Positions 11,401-20,851 of a stretch of DNA of 64,000 nt are shown here, one piece after another. This DNA is from an uncultured Gemmatimonadales bacterium. Lineage in GTDB: Bacteria > Gemmatimonadota > Gemmatimonadetes > Longimicrobiales > RSA9. Every line of letters begins with the position of its first letter. The first letter of the stretch is position 1. Location of the stretch: the NCBI GenBank assembly GCA_963708135.1, contig OY970192.1:960001-1024000 (forward strand), written 5' to 3'. Both the position numbers and the translations under genes were made by a program. The notes beneath the pieces are model-generated. The model saw only the letters and a program-made list of their open reading frames with translations, did not search any database and was not told the origin of the DNA.

Positions 11401-12231
11401 GCGTCCGCGCTGGTCGGTGCCGGACACCTCAAGGTGCGGCTGCCGGAAGGCCGCGTGGATGAATTCGGCGACCTTTTCGCCTCCTTCAACCGCATGGCCC
11501 GCCGGCTTCGGAGGGCGCGCGCGCAGGAGCTCCAGACCGCCCGGGTGCTGGCCTGGGGCGAGATGGCGCGCCAGGTGGCGCACGAGATCAAGAACCCGCT
11601 CACCCCGATCAAGCTCTCCGTGCAGCACCTGCGGCGCGCCTACGCCGACCGGCGCCCCGACTTCGGGACGATCCTGGACACCAGCGTCGAGCAGATCCTG
11701 GGCGAGATCGACCGGCTGTCGGAGATCGCCCGGGCGTTCTCCCGCTACGGCGCGCCCGCCGGGGCGACGGGTCCGCTGGAGGCGGTGGATGTCCGCTCCG
11801 TCGTCCACGACGCGCTCACTCTGTACGCCGCCAGCGAGTCGAGCGTCCGCTACGAGGAGGACGTGGAGCCCGGCCTTCCGCGAGCCCGCGCGCGCGTCGG
11901 CGAGCTGAAGGAGGTCATCCTGAACCTCGTCGAGAACGCGCGCGCCGCCCTCGACGGACAGGGCCGCATCGCCGTGAGCGCGCGCCCGCTGCCCGAGCGT
12001 CCGGGCATCCTGCTCGAGGTACGCGACGACGGGCCGGGCATCCCGCCGGAGCTCCTCCCGCGCATCTTCGAGCCGCACTTCTCCACGCGCTCGACCGGAA
12101 CCGGCCTCGGGCTGGCCATAGTGAAGCGGCTGGTGGAGGGCTGGGGCGGATCGTTGGCGGTCGAGAGCGAGCCCGGCGAGGGGACGAGGGTTCGGATCCG
12201 GATCCCCCTCGTCGAGGAGCGCGCGGAATAG
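8407..12231 (+). CDS. Large multi-TM HAMP sensor histidine kinase (NtrY-like)
   Basis: H-box MARQVAHEIKNPLTPI, N-box NLVENA, DDGPGI, FEPHFST, GTGLGL. Start codon uncertain. Confidence 0.9.
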   Translation: MSEAGPNTGPREPHVRPRHRLSPFALTWGAAYLAALLLLLWSRNLRAVYLAGAVAMAALALPLGWRARGRRGDPASLPLLGALAGLLLALTAAGATTYELGRIASQWDTLVAARQARLARELERRMNALVTQGRDAAGLAAEAAAAPGPRGLFADLARVRDESGVSAVAVFDDAGELIAWAGDHRGQLPDSVRVGAQRIFYAERPLFSYLYFVVPVRGTGGRAVAAVLMQTGLPAGVARIPAAASRFAAATGARPLFAQGAGGPGAWSLEQGGRVVMHAMLERMTQADWRADVAGQGRRLVLLLTALVILLLVAAWLRAGERAAGSGVGTAVPLVAVALALGAAPLGATLGAEALSSPAYFLLPGPGELSLGMLLAVLLPLAALAATLRPLELSRRGLALVLAAGGVLVGAGFVAGLRLLLEASASPLLQAGGSLWLALQPAAVLLLAMIAGLALAGAGTRPPGDRGREGVRTLPLVLGVGLSVLLALVVLARWRMAQRIEAWPAALWGAAYILVALGIASYHGRGSRLARWMLAGWLAASAVLPYLWVVHVQARLEDANRELATLGTRPDPFLDYLLRHFAAEAIRRQERGETGVELVYRTWVASGFARESYPARITLWDPSGRALLELGLGGAAGNTRPDSAPPFLRSLLDDARTTGVPVVEVIRDVPDVNQAMAVRLRGGEELSVVVPPRRTFQRSTFLAPFLGGGEAQATRLDLVPVKAGVPPPPRQIVWHPDPDGWRSEVRIHFPEGDYHAHIQVALPSVWVRFARGVLLIALDLGLLALLWGIGRAARGDLPEPPGGWGGLVRGFRSRLTLALFAFFLLPTAVFGYVAYRALAGEVLRSARVVAAHAVAQASRDFPTDNGDLRILSQDAGEEMLYYQGGELMAASSTEAYELGLYSTWMPPPVYATLQSGEEVSAVEPQRLASHPYLVAYQRLPVVGTLAVPVPLAAGETAVRQRELEHLILFAALIGALLTLGLSLAVGRALAGPISQLRRASALVGAGHLKVRLPEGRVDEFGDLFASFNRMARRLRRARAQELQTARVLAWGEMARQVAHEIKNPLTPIKLSVQHLRRAYADRRPDFGTILDTSVEQILGEIDRLSEIARAFSRYGAPAGATGPLEAVDVRSVVHDALTLYAASESSVRYEEDVEPGLPRARARVGELKEVILNLVENARAALDGQGRIAVSARPLPERPGILLEVRDDGPGIPPELLPRIFEPHFSTRSTGTGLGLAIVKRLVEGWGGSLAVESEPGEGTRVRIRIPLVEERAE

Positions 12232-12264
12232 CCCGCGGCCGGCTCTCGCCGGGCACACCAGGAA

Positions 12265-12298
12265 AGAGAAGGGCCCGCCGACGGGCGGGCCCTTCTCT
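12265..12298. terminator. Hairpin between convergent genes, probably a bidirectional terminator
   Basis: Perfect 15-bp stem AGAGAAGGGCCCGCC-gacg-GGCGGGCCCTTCTCT. Confidence 0.75.
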
Positions 12299-12352
12299 CT
12301 CTCTGCGTCCTCGTCTCGCCGTCTCATGCGGCCCGGTCTGCCGCCCCGTGCC

Positions 12353-13906
12353 TCACTGGCTTGTCTGGTAGTTCGCCACCGTCTCGCCGACCTGCGGATC
12401 GTACAGCCGGAGCGAGATGACCTGGCCCGGCTTGATCGTCGAGGCGATGTGGTCGACGTCCTGCGGCGTACGGACCGACTGGCCGTTGATCGATTCGATC
12501 AGCTGGCCGCGGTGGACGCCCGCCGGGGCGGCGGGGCTGAGCGGCCCCACGCCCGTGACGACCACCCCGGACGTGCGGTTGATCCCGAGCTGCTGCGCGA
12601 TGTCGGCCGTGAGCGGAGCGACGCTGAACCCGAGCGTCTGCTCGGCGGCCGGCCGCGCCGGCTGCGTCTGCTCCTTCGCGTTGCTTGTCTCGAACTGAGC
12701 GAGCTTCACCTTCAGGTTCATCTTACGCTTGTCGCGGTAGACGGTGAGCGTCACCTCGTCGCCGGGCTGGTACTCGGCGAGCCGCGTCGTGAGGCCGTTG
12801 GTCTGGGTCACCGGCTTGCCGTTCACGCCCCACACCACATCGCCCAGCTTGAGCCCTGCCTGCGCGGCGGGCGTGCCGTCCTGAACGGACTTGATCACGT
12901 AGCCCTGCACCTCCGGCAGGCCGTAGACCTCCGCGTCCGCCGCCGTTACGGGCGTCACCGAAACGCCCAGGCGCGGACGGTGCACCACGCCGTACTTCAT
13001 GAGGTCGGTCGCGACCTTCGAGGCCAGGTTGATCGGGATCGCGAAGCCCGCTCCCGAGAAAACGCCCGTGGGCGACTCGATCGCCGCGTTGATGCCGATC
13101 ACGCGGCCGAGCAGGTCCACCAGCGGGCCGCCCGAGTTGCCCGGATTGATCGCGGCGTCGGTCTGGATGTAGGACTCGATCGTCGAGGTCGGACCGGTCT
13201 GGCCCTCCTTCTGCGCGAGGATCCCGATCTGGCGCCCCTTGGCGCTCACGATCCCCGCCGTGACCGTGAACTGCAGCTCGAGCGGATTACCCAGCGCGAG
13301 CACCCAGTCGCCGACCTGCGCGTTGTCCGAGTTGCCGAGCTGCACCGTGGGCAGCTGCTCCCCGTTCTTCGGCGTGATCTTGATCACCGCGATGTCCGTG
13401 TCCGGGTCCCGGCCCACGACCTTCGCGTTGTAGACACGCCCGTCCGCCGTCTGCACCGTGACCTCGGTCTCGTTCTCGACCACGTGGTTGTTCGTCATGA
13501 TGTAGCCACGGGGATCGAAGATGAAGCCGGAGCCCGCCTGCTCGCCTTGCCGCGGCTGCTGCGGGGCGGGGAACTGGAAGAACCCGGGCGGCAGACCCGG
13601 AATGTTGGCGTGCGGATTCTGCGCGACCTCCTGCACGCGGACCCTGATGAAGACGACCGCCGGCAGCGCACGGGCCGCCGCGGCGCGGAACGTCCCGGAC
13701 AGCTTCGCGGCCGTCGCGGTGTCGACCACCGCGGGGACCTTGCCCAGCTCCTGCTCGACCCGCTCCTGCGCCTGCTGCGGGTTCTGCGCCTGCGCCATCT
13801 CGCCGGAGCCGCACGCCGCGAGCATCACCGCGACCCATGCGACGATCGCGCGCCGAGCCGTCGTCGCGAGTCTCGCCATCCACACCTCCCGATCTGCACC
13901 GAACAT
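12353..13906 (-). CDS. degP: HtrA/DegP family serine protease with two PDZ domains, probable lipoprotein
   Basis: TNNHVV, DIAVIK, IQTDAAINPGNSGGPL; lipobox MLAAC. Start at 13906 or 13879. Confidence 0.92.
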   Translation of the reverse strand: MFGADREVWMARLATTARRAIVAWVAVMLAACGSGEMAQAQNPQQAQERVEQELGKVPAVVDTATAAKLSGTFRAAAARALPAVVFIRVRVQEVAQNPHANIPGLPPGFFQFPAPQQPRQGEQAGSGFIFDPRGYIMTNNHVVENETEVTVQTADGRVYNAKVVGRDPDTDIAVIKITPKNGEQLPTVQLGNSDNAQVGDWVLALGNPLELQFTVTAGIVSAKGRQIGILAQKEGQTGPTSTIESYIQTDAAINPGNSGGPLVDLLGRVIGINAAIESPTGVFSGAGFAIPINLASKVATDLMKYGVVHRPRLGVSVTPVTAADAEVYGLPEVQGYVIKSVQDGTPAAQAGLKLGDVVWGVNGKPVTQTNGLTTRLAEYQPGDEVTLTVYRDKRKMNLKVKLAQFETSNAKEQTQPARPAAEQTLGFSVAPLTADIAQQLGINRTSGVVVTGVGPLSPAAPAGVHRGQLIESINGQSVRTPQDVDHIASTIKPGQVISLRLYDPQVGETVANYQTSQ

Positions 13907-14150
13907 GACTCCCTCTCCTTGGAGTTGTCATCTGACACCGGGCTGCACGGCGCGTGCCTGTCAACTCGTTCGCGCCGTCCTTGCCGGGACCGTCCCCGGC
14001 CCGAGCCCGGACCCGGGTCTCTGTTTCGCCCGGGAGCCCCCGTTTGTTCCACTGTTCCGCCGATTCCCCCGCTGGCCCCCTGCACCGGGCCCCGTTAACT
14101 TGGCGCCCGCCCACACTTTGATGCATTCCGTCCCGCAGGAGTCGAGGCCA

Positions 14151-15533
14151 ATGCGCGCGCGCCCGGATCCCATCCCCTCGCAGCCGCTGCTGCGCTCCGC
14201 CGCCGAGCGAGCGATTCGCTACCTCGACGGGATTCGCGAGCGGCCGGTGCCACCCGCGGCGGACGCGCTCCTCGGCCTCGCGCGCTTCGACGAGCCGTTC
14301 CCGGCCGCTCCCACGGCCCCCATGGAGACGCTCGCGCTGCTGGACGAGGTGGGCTCCCCCGCGACTGTCGCGACCACGGGGGGCCGCTTCTTCGGCTGGG
14401 TGGTCGGCGGTGCGCTCCCGGCCACCGTCGCCGCCAGCTGGCTCGCGGCCGCCTGGGACCAGAACGCCGGCGCCGTGGCGCTGGCCCCCGCGTGCGCCGC
14501 CATCGAGGAGACCGCGCTGCGCTGGGTCCTGGATGCGCTCAGGCTGCCCGAGGACGCGGGCGTCGGCTTCGTGACCGGCGCGACAATGGCCAATCTGTGC
14601 GGGCTGGCGGCGGCGCGGCACGCGCTGCTCGCGCGGCGCGGCTGGGACGTGGAGGCGCGCGGGCTCTTCGGCGCTCCGGAGCCGAGGGTCGCCGTCGGCG
14701 GGGAGGTGCACGTCAGCGTGCTCAAGGCCCTCGGCCTGCTCGGGCTGGGGAGGCAGCGGGTGGTGCGCGTGCCCGTGGACGGACAGGGGCGCATGCGGGC
14801 CGACCGGCTGCCGCCCCTGGACGACACGACTATCGTCTGCATCCAGGCGGGCAACGTGGACACGGGCGCGTTCGATCCGGCCGCCGAGGTGTGCGCCGCG
14901 GCGCGCGAGGCCGGCGCCTGGGTCCATGTGGACGGCGCGTTCGGGCTGTGGGCCCGCGCCTCGGAGGCGCGCGAAACGCTGACCCGCGGCTTCGACGCCG
15001 CCGACTCCTGGGCCACCGACGCGCACAAGTGGCTGAACGTGCCGCAGGACTGCGGGATCGTGATCTGCCGCGAGCCGGCCCACCTGCGCGACGCCATGGC
15101 CGTGAGCGCCGGCTACCTGGTCTTCGGCCAGGCACGCGAGCCCTACGAGTACACGCCGGAGATGTCGCGCCGGGCCCGCGGGCTCGAGGTGTGGGCCGCG
15201 CTGCGCTCGCTCGGCCGGGCCGGCCTCTCCGAGCTCGTCGAGCGCTGCTGCCGCCACGCCTCCCGGTTCGCCGAGGGCCTGAGCGCCGCCGGATACGAGG
15301 TGCTGAACGACGTCGTGCTGAACCAGGTGCTCGTCTGCTTCGGGGACGCCGAGGCCACGCGGCGCGTGATCTCCGCGCTCCAGGGGGATGGCACCTGCTG
15401 GTGCGGCGGCACGACCTGGCAGGGTCGCACCGCCATGCGCGTGAGCGTCGTCTCGTGGGCGACCACCGACGAGGACGTCGAGCGCAGTCTGGCCGCCATG
15501 CTCCGCGTCGCGCGCGAGTCCGGCGCCGGCTAG
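14151..15533 (+). CDS. Group II PLP-dependent decarboxylase
   Basis: FVTGATMAN, HVDGAFG, ATDAHKWLNVP (PLP Lys). The ORF-track 5' extension is antisense to degP. Confidence 0.9.
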   Translation: MRARPDPIPSQPLLRSAAERAIRYLDGIRERPVPPAADALLGLARFDEPFPAAPTAPMETLALLDEVGSPATVATTGGRFFGWVVGGALPATVAASWLAAAWDQNAGAVALAPACAAIEETALRWVLDALRLPEDAGVGFVTGATMANLCGLAAARHALLARRGWDVEARGLFGAPEPRVAVGGEVHVSVLKALGLLGLGRQRVVRVPVDGQGRMRADRLPPLDDTTIVCIQAGNVDTGAFDPAAEVCAAAREAGAWVHVDGAFGLWARASEARETLTRGFDAADSWATDAHKWLNVPQDCGIVICREPAHLRDAMAVSAGYLVFGQAREPYEYTPEMSRRARGLEVWAALRSLGRAGLSELVERCCRHASRFAEGLSAAGYEVLNDVVLNQVLVCFGDAEATRRVISALQGDGTCWCGGTTWQGRTAMRVSVVSWATTDEDVERSLAAMLRVARESGAG

Positions 15534-15699
15534 CCGCCTCGGGCTCGATCCGGGCGGCGACGGTGGGGCCGCGTGCTCCACCGCGCTGCGGCTCCTTCCT
15601 GCCCATCCCGCCATTCCTTCGCCCCGCCCGCCCCGCGATCCTCGTGCGTCCGCGCGCGCCGCGGACCGAATTCTCCCGCTTCTCTCGCCGGAGGTTGCG

Positions 15700-17241
15700 A
15701 TGCTCGCGCAGGTCACCAGCGGCGCCGTTCTCGGGGTCGACGCCTATCTCGTGCAGGTCGAGGTCGATCTCGGCCGCGGGCTGCCGGGGATGTGCGTCGT
15801 GGGCCTGCCCGAGGGCGCCGTGCGCGAGGGGCGGGAGAGGGTCACGGCGGCGCTGGCGAACGCCGGCTTCGAGGTGCCGCCCCGTCGCATCACGGTGAAC
15901 CTCGCCCCGGCGGACATCCGAAAGGATGGCAGCGCATTCGACCTGCCGATTGCGCTCGGGCTGCTGGCGGCCAGCGGCGCGGTGCCCGCCGCGGCGCTCG
16001 CGTCCGCCTGCTTCGCGGGTGAGCTGGGGCTGGACGGTGAGCTGCGGCCCGTCCGCGGCCTCCTGCCGCTGGCCGTCCGCTGCGCGGACGAGGGACTCGA
16101 GGTGCTGGTCGTGCCGGAGGCCAACGCGGCGGAGGCGGCCGTGGTCGAGCGGCTGTGCGTCCTGCCCGCCCCGAGCCTGGCCGCGGTCGTGGCACACCTG
16201 CGCGGTCGGACCCCCCTGGTCCGTGCGGCGCCGCCACGACCGGACGCGTGGGCGCCCGATCCGTCCGGCCACGCCGTCGACTTCGCCGATGTGCGAGGGC
16301 AGGAGCACGCCAAGCGGGCGCTGGAGATTGCGGCGGCCGGGTCCCACAACGCGCTCCTCGTCGGACCACCGGGAGCAGGCAAATCGATGCTGGCGCGCCG
16401 ACTCCCCACCATCCTCCCGCCGTTCGCGCGCGAGGAGGCGCTGGAGGTCACCAAGATCCACTCGGTGGCCGGGCGGCTCCGGCCCGGCCAGGCGCTCGTC
16501 CGGGAGCGGCCGTTCCGCGCGCCGCACCACAGCATCTCGGACGCCGGCCTGGTCGGCGGCGGCGGCCTGCCGCGGCCCGGAGAGGCGTCGCTCGCGCACG
16601 GCGGCGTGCTCTTCCTCGACGAGCTGCCGGAGTTTCGCCGGCACGTGCTCGAGGCGCTCCGCCAGCCGCTCGAGGACGGTGCCGTGCAGATCGGCAGGGC
16701 GCGCCTCAGCGTGCTCTACCCCGCGCGCTTCATGCTCGTGGCCGCCATGAACCCGTGTCCCTGCGGGTTCCACGGCACCGGCGACGCGCGCTGCATCTGT
16801 CATCCGGTGGCGGTGGAGCGCTACCTCGGCCGCGTCTCCGGACCGCTGCTGGACCGGATCGACCTCCACGTCGAGCTGCCGCCAATCGAGGCCCGGACCC
16901 TGACGGCCCGCCGGGAGGGCGAGGCGAGCGCCGCGGTGCGGGAGCGCGTAGTGGCCGCCAGGGAGCGGCAGCTGAGCCGCTTCGGGGGCCACGCCGGCGT
17001 GTTCGCGAATGCCCACATGGGACCGCGGGAGGTGCGCCGGCACTGCGTGCTGGACGAGGCGGGCGAGACGCTCGTCCGGGCCGCCATCGAGCGGCTCGGG
17101 CTCTCGGGGCGCGCCTACCATCGCGTACTTCGCCTCGCCCGCACGATCGCCGATCTGGCGGGCGCGGACCGGATCGCCGCGGCTCATGTGGCCGAAGCGG
17201 TGCAGTACCGTGCGCTCGACCGCAGCCCGGTGCGCGCCTGA
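15700..17241 (+). CDS. comM: YifB/ComM Mg-chelatase-like AAA+ ATPase
   Basis: ITVNLAPAD, GPPGAGKS, FRAPHHSIS, LFLDELPEF, MNPCPCG. Confidence 0.93.
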   Translation: MLAQVTSGAVLGVDAYLVQVEVDLGRGLPGMCVVGLPEGAVREGRERVTAALANAGFEVPPRRITVNLAPADIRKDGSAFDLPIALGLLAASGAVPAAALASACFAGELGLDGELRPVRGLLPLAVRCADEGLEVLVVPEANAAEAAVVERLCVLPAPSLAAVVAHLRGRTPLVRAAPPRPDAWAPDPSGHAVDFADVRGQEHAKRALEIAAAGSHNALLVGPPGAGKSMLARRLPTILPPFAREEALEVTKIHSVAGRLRPGQALVRERPFRAPHHSISDAGLVGGGGLPRPGEASLAHGGVLFLDELPEFRRHVLEALRQPLEDGAVQIGRARLSVLYPARFMLVAAMNPCPCGFHGTGDARCICHPVAVERYLGRVSGPLLDRIDLHVELPPIEARTLTARREGEASAAVRERVVAARERQLSRFGGHAGVFANAHMGPREVRRHCVLDEAGETLVRAAIERLGLSGRAYHRVLRLARTIADLAGADRIAAAHVAEAVQYRALDRSPVRA

Positions 17242-17250
17242 GGCGCCCGC

Positions 17251-17574
17251 TCAGGCGGAGCGCCGAGCGCCGCCCCCCGTCCCCGCCCGCGCTGCCGTCC
17301 CCGGCTCCGGCGCCTGCCGCGCTCCGCCCACCGCATTGTATAGCCAGGCCAGCAGCGCGCCACAGATCGCGCCGTCCAGCAGGGCGTAGAGCGTGCCCAC
17401 CACCAGCGCCGCCAGGCCGGTCATCGCTGCGTAGCCCGGGTACATCGAGCGCAGCAGGTCGAGGAACGCCTCGCCGTAGGGCGGCCAGATCAGGTTCAGC
17501 GCGCCCGTGAACAGGGCGCACCCGGCCCAGAGCAGGCCGGCCGCCGCCGCCATCCGCTTCACCGAGAGTCTCAT
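17251..17574 (-). CDS. Small integral membrane hypothetical protein
   Basis: ATG after AAGGAGG; hydrophobic helices around YPGY; ends LLAWLYN. Confidence 0.75.
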   Translation of the reverse strand: MRLSVKRMAAAAGLLWAGCALFTGALNLIWPPYGEAFLDLLRSMYPGYAAMTGLAALVVGTLYALLDGAICGALLAWLYNAVGGARQAPEPGTAARAGTGGGARRSA

Positions 17575-17784
17575 GTAAGCCTCCTTCGGGGGAGAGCCGG
17601 TCCTTCGCGGCCCGTCGCATGCGTTGCCGGGGCGCGGGAAGCTGGAGCCACGGTAGCCAATGGGGCGCCGTCCGACCAGGGACCTTCTGCGACGAAACCT
17701 CGCCCCCGTGGGTGGCGTACTCGGGGTGGAGGGAGGAATAGGGGGCGGGGGAAGCATTCGTGGGGCTCACGGGTATGGAGGCGG

Positions 17785-18345
17785 ATGAACCGCATTTTCG
17801 GAGGAACCAAGGGCCCGCTGCTGCTGGGCACGATGGCCGGCGTGGTGGGCCTGGACCTCACCACCAAGCACTGGGCCGTGGGCGCGCTGCTGCCGGGCGA
17901 GAGCCTCTACGTGCTGCGGGGCACGCTGCCGCTGACGCTGGCCTACAACCAGGGCGCGGCGTTCAGCCTCAGCCTCGGCCCTGGCTCGCGCTGGATCTTC
18001 CTGCTGCTCTCGGTCGCGGCGCTGGTCGTGCTCGCCCCGATCTATCGCGCCACCCGTGAAGGCGACCGCGCGCGCCTGCTGTCGATCGCGCTCGTCGCGT
18101 CCGGCGCCGTGGGCAACCTGATCGACCGCGTGCGGTGGAGCGGTGGGGTGGTGGACTTCATCGGCCCGATCGACCTCGGCTTCACGAGCTGGCCGATCTT
18201 CAACGTGGCCGATATGGCCATCACGGCCGGCGCGCTGTTGCTCGCGTTCTCGCTCTGGCGGCAAGGGGAGCTGGCGCGCGCCTCCGAGCGGGTCGCGGAG
18301 TCCCGCCCCGACGAGTACGGGCCGGCGGCCGCCGAGGACGTCTGA
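17785..18345 (+). CDS. lspA: Lipoprotein signal peptidase II
   Basis: DLTTK, NQGAAFS, GAVGNLIDR, VVDFI, FNVADMAI. Confidence 0.95.
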   Translation: MNRIFGGTKGPLLLGTMAGVVGLDLTTKHWAVGALLPGESLYVLRGTLPLTLAYNQGAAFSLSLGPGSRWIFLLLSVAALVVLAPIYRATREGDRARLLSIALVASGAVGNLIDRVRWSGGVVDFIGPIDLGFTSWPIFNVADMAITAGALLLAFSLWRQGELARASERVAESRPDEYGPAAAEDV

Positions 18346-18459
18346 CCGGCGCCGCCCGGGTCGGCACGGCCGCTCCTCCCGCGCTTGTTCCGGGCATACC
18401 CCCTGCATAGCTTCTCCGACCCTGCGAAACGGATACACGCGCGGTAAACCGGGGATTGG

Positions 18460-19335
18460 ATGACGGCGCAAAGAGCGACACTCGACCACGCGGCGCGCGG
18501 CGCGCCCCGCGCCGTGCGTGAGAAGGCCGAGCGGCTGGCGGAGCTTCTGCGCACCTGCGGCTCCGTCGTGATCGGCTATTCGGGCGGCGTGGACTCCGTC
18601 TTCCTCGCCAAGGCGGCCCTCGACGTCCTTGGACCCGGGAACGTCCTGGCCGTTACCGGCCGCAGCGATGCCTACCCGGCCGTCCAGCGCCGCATGGCGC
18701 TCTCCTGCGTCGAGCGGTTCTCCATCCCTCACCTGGAGATCGAGACGGGGGAGCTCGAGGACCCGCGTTACACCGCAAACCCGGCGAACCGCTGCTACTT
18801 CTGCAAGTCAGAGCTCTGGACCCGGCTCCGCGCCGTGGCGGATGAGCGCGGCTTTGAGGCGGTGCTGGATGGCTCCAACGCCGACGACGCCGGCGACTAC
18901 CGGCCCGGGCTGGCCGCGGCCCGGGAGCGCGAGGTCCGCTCCCCGCTTCTCGAGGCGGGCCTGCGGAAGTCGGAGATCCGCCTGCTGTCCGAGCGGCTCG
19001 GCCTGCCCACGTGGGACCAGCCGGCCGCGCCCTGCCTCTCCAGCAGGCTGCCGTACGGGCTGGCCGTCACGCGCGAGCGGCTGCGTCAGGTCGAGGACGC
19101 CGAGACGCTGCTGCGCGCCCACGGCATCCGCGAGTTCCGCGTCCGCCACCACGGCGAGGCGGCCCGCATCGAGGCCGCCCCCGCCGAGATCCCGGCGGTC
19201 CTGGCCGTCGCGACAGCGCTGTGCGAGCGGCTGGCGGCGATCGGCTTCCGGCGCGTGCTCGTGGATGTGGAAGGCTATCGGCGCGGCGCCCTGAACGAGG
19301 GCCTGCCCCTGGCGCCGGTGCAGGCGGCGGGATGA
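18460..19335 (+). CDS. larE: LarE family ATP-dependent sulfur transferase
   Basis: PP-loop SGGVDS, RCYFCK, DYRPG, PCLSSRLPYG, RVRHHG. Confidence 0.92.
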   Translation: MTAQRATLDHAARGAPRAVREKAERLAELLRTCGSVVIGYSGGVDSVFLAKAALDVLGPGNVLAVTGRSDAYPAVQRRMALSCVERFSIPHLEIETGELEDPRYTANPANRCYFCKSELWTRLRAVADERGFEAVLDGSNADDAGDYRPGLAAAREREVRSPLLEAGLRKSEIRLLSERLGLPTWDQPAAPCLSSRLPYGLAVTRERLRQVEDAETLLRAHGIREFRVRHHGEAARIEAAPAEIPAVLAVATALCERLAAIGFRRVLVDVEGYRRGALNEGLPLAPVQAAG

Positions 19336-19607
19336 GCGCGCGAGCCGGGTCGCCGGACCGCTCCCCCGGCGGCGAGGCCCTCCATGCCGCGGGGCGGGTG
19401 CTGCGAGGGCACGGGCTCACGCGGGCGCGTGCGGGCGTCGCCGGAGCGCGCGGCGAGATCCTCGTGGTCGAGGTGGCCGCCCCGGACATGCCGCGCCTGG
19501 CCGAGCTCGCGCCCGCGCTCAAGGCGCTCGGCTTCCGGTACGTGGCCGTGGACCTCGCCACGGTAGCGGAGGACGCCACGGAGGCGGGGGACGCCGCGGC
19601 CCGATGA
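19332..19607 (+). CDS. Small hypothetical protein resembling the LarE C-terminal domain
   Basis: ATGA overlaps with both larE and thpR; ends LAPALKALGFRYVAVDL. Confidence 0.7.
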   Translation: MSARAGSPDRSPGGEALHAAGRVLRGHGLTRARAGVAGARGEILVVEVAAPDMPRLAELAPALKALGFRYVAVDLATVAEDATEAGDAAAR

Positions 19608-20173
19608 GGCTCTTCGTCGCCCTGAACCTCCGGAGCGACCAGAAGGCCGCGCTGGCCGAGGTGCTTGCGCCGCTCCGAGGTTCGGCGCTGCCCGTGCGCT
19701 GGGTCGATCCGGCGTCCGTGCACCTGACGCTCAAGTTCCTGGGCGAGGTGGCGGAGCCGGCGCTGGAGGAGATGGGTGCGGCGGTGGCTCGCGCCGCCCG
19801 GGTGGTCCCGCCGTTCACCGCCGCCGCGCACGGTCTCGGCGGCTTCCCCGACCTGCGGCGGCCGCGGGTGCTCTGGCTCGGGCTCGACGCGGGGGCGGAG
19901 CTCCAGGCGCTGCAGGCGGCCGTCGAGGCGGAGCTGGGACCGCTCGGCTACCCGCCCGAGAACCGGCCGTTCTCGCCGCACCTGACGGTCGGCCGCGCAC
20001 GTCAGGGCGCCCGCGCAGCGGATTTCGCCACGCTGGCCGATCTCGTCGGGCGCTTTCGCTTCGAGGCGACGCTCGACGCGCGCACGGTCGATCTCATGCG
20101 CAGCCGCCTCTCGCCCCGGGGTGCCCGGTACGAGAGGCTCCTGGCCGCGCCGCTCGGGGAAGGGGAGGGGTGA
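19604..20173 (+). CDS. thpR: RNA 2',3'-cyclic phosphodiesterase (2H family)
   Basis: MRLFVAL, HLTLKFLG and PHLTVGR (two HxT motifs). Confidence 0.95.
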   Translation: MRLFVALNLRSDQKAALAEVLAPLRGSALPVRWVDPASVHLTLKFLGEVAEPALEEMGAAVARAARVVPPFTAAAHGLGGFPDLRRPRVLWLGLDAGAELQALQAAVEAELGPLGYPPENRPFSPHLTVGRARQGARAADFATLADLVGRFRFEATLDARTVDLMRSRLSPRGARYERLLAAPLGEGEG

Positions 20174-20847
20174 TGTTCGGCTGTCTGCGCAGGCTCATCG
20201 GCATCGTCGTCGTGCTCGTGCTCCTGGCGGTGGGAGTCTGGTACTTCCGCGCGCCGCTCCTGCGCGCTTGGCGCGACGTGCGCCAGGACCGGGAGGGCGT
20301 ACCGATGACCGCCGCGGCCACGGCCCGCGAGGCGCAGCGCAAGCTCGAGGCGCTCGCCGACGGCGCGCCGCCGGGTCGCGTCGCCCTTTCGGGGCCGGAG
20401 CTCCAGAGCCTCCTGAGCACGCGCTTCGCCATGTTCCTGCCGGCGTACGTCGATTCGCCCCGCATCGCCCTCGGCGGCGGGCGGGTGCACCTGCGTGCGC
20501 GCGTGCCCACCGACCATCTGCCGCACCCCAGGGGCGTGGGCGAGGTCATCGGGATGCTCCCCGACACCACCGACGTGACGGTTACGGGCGAGGTGATCCC
20601 GCTGCCCGACGGCCGCTTCGCCCTGGCCGTGGACGAGGTCACCGCGGCCCACATCCCGCTGCCGCACCGGCTCGTACCGGCGCTCATTGCCGGGCTGCGC
20701 AAGGGGGCGACGAAGGGCGTGCCGGCCGATGCGCTTCCCCTGCCGCTACCCCGGGCCGCCCGGGCCGCGTACGTTCGCGGCGACTCGCTGATCCTGATCG
20801 CGCGCGGCGCCGCGGCCGCGCCGGGCGCGGCGACGACATCGAGGTGA
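20170..20847 (+). CDS. Membrane-anchored hypothetical protein
   Basis: N-terminal TM helix; GTGA overlap with thpR. Confidence 0.7.
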   Translation: MMFGCLRRLIGIVVVLVLLAVGVWYFRAPLLRAWRDVRQDREGVPMTAAATAREAQRKLEALADGAPPGRVALSGPELQSLLSTRFAMFLPAYVDSPRIALGGGRVHLRARVPTDHLPHPRGVGEVIGMLPDTTDVTVTGEVIPLPDGRFALAVDEVTAAHIPLPHRLVPALIAGLRKGATKGVPADALPLPLPRAARAAYVRGDSLILIARGAAAAPGAATTSR

Positions 20848-20851
20848 CACG

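Noticed and set aside
13959..13964. Minus-strand TTGACA upstream of degP
   Set aside because: No credible -10 element at 16-18 bp.
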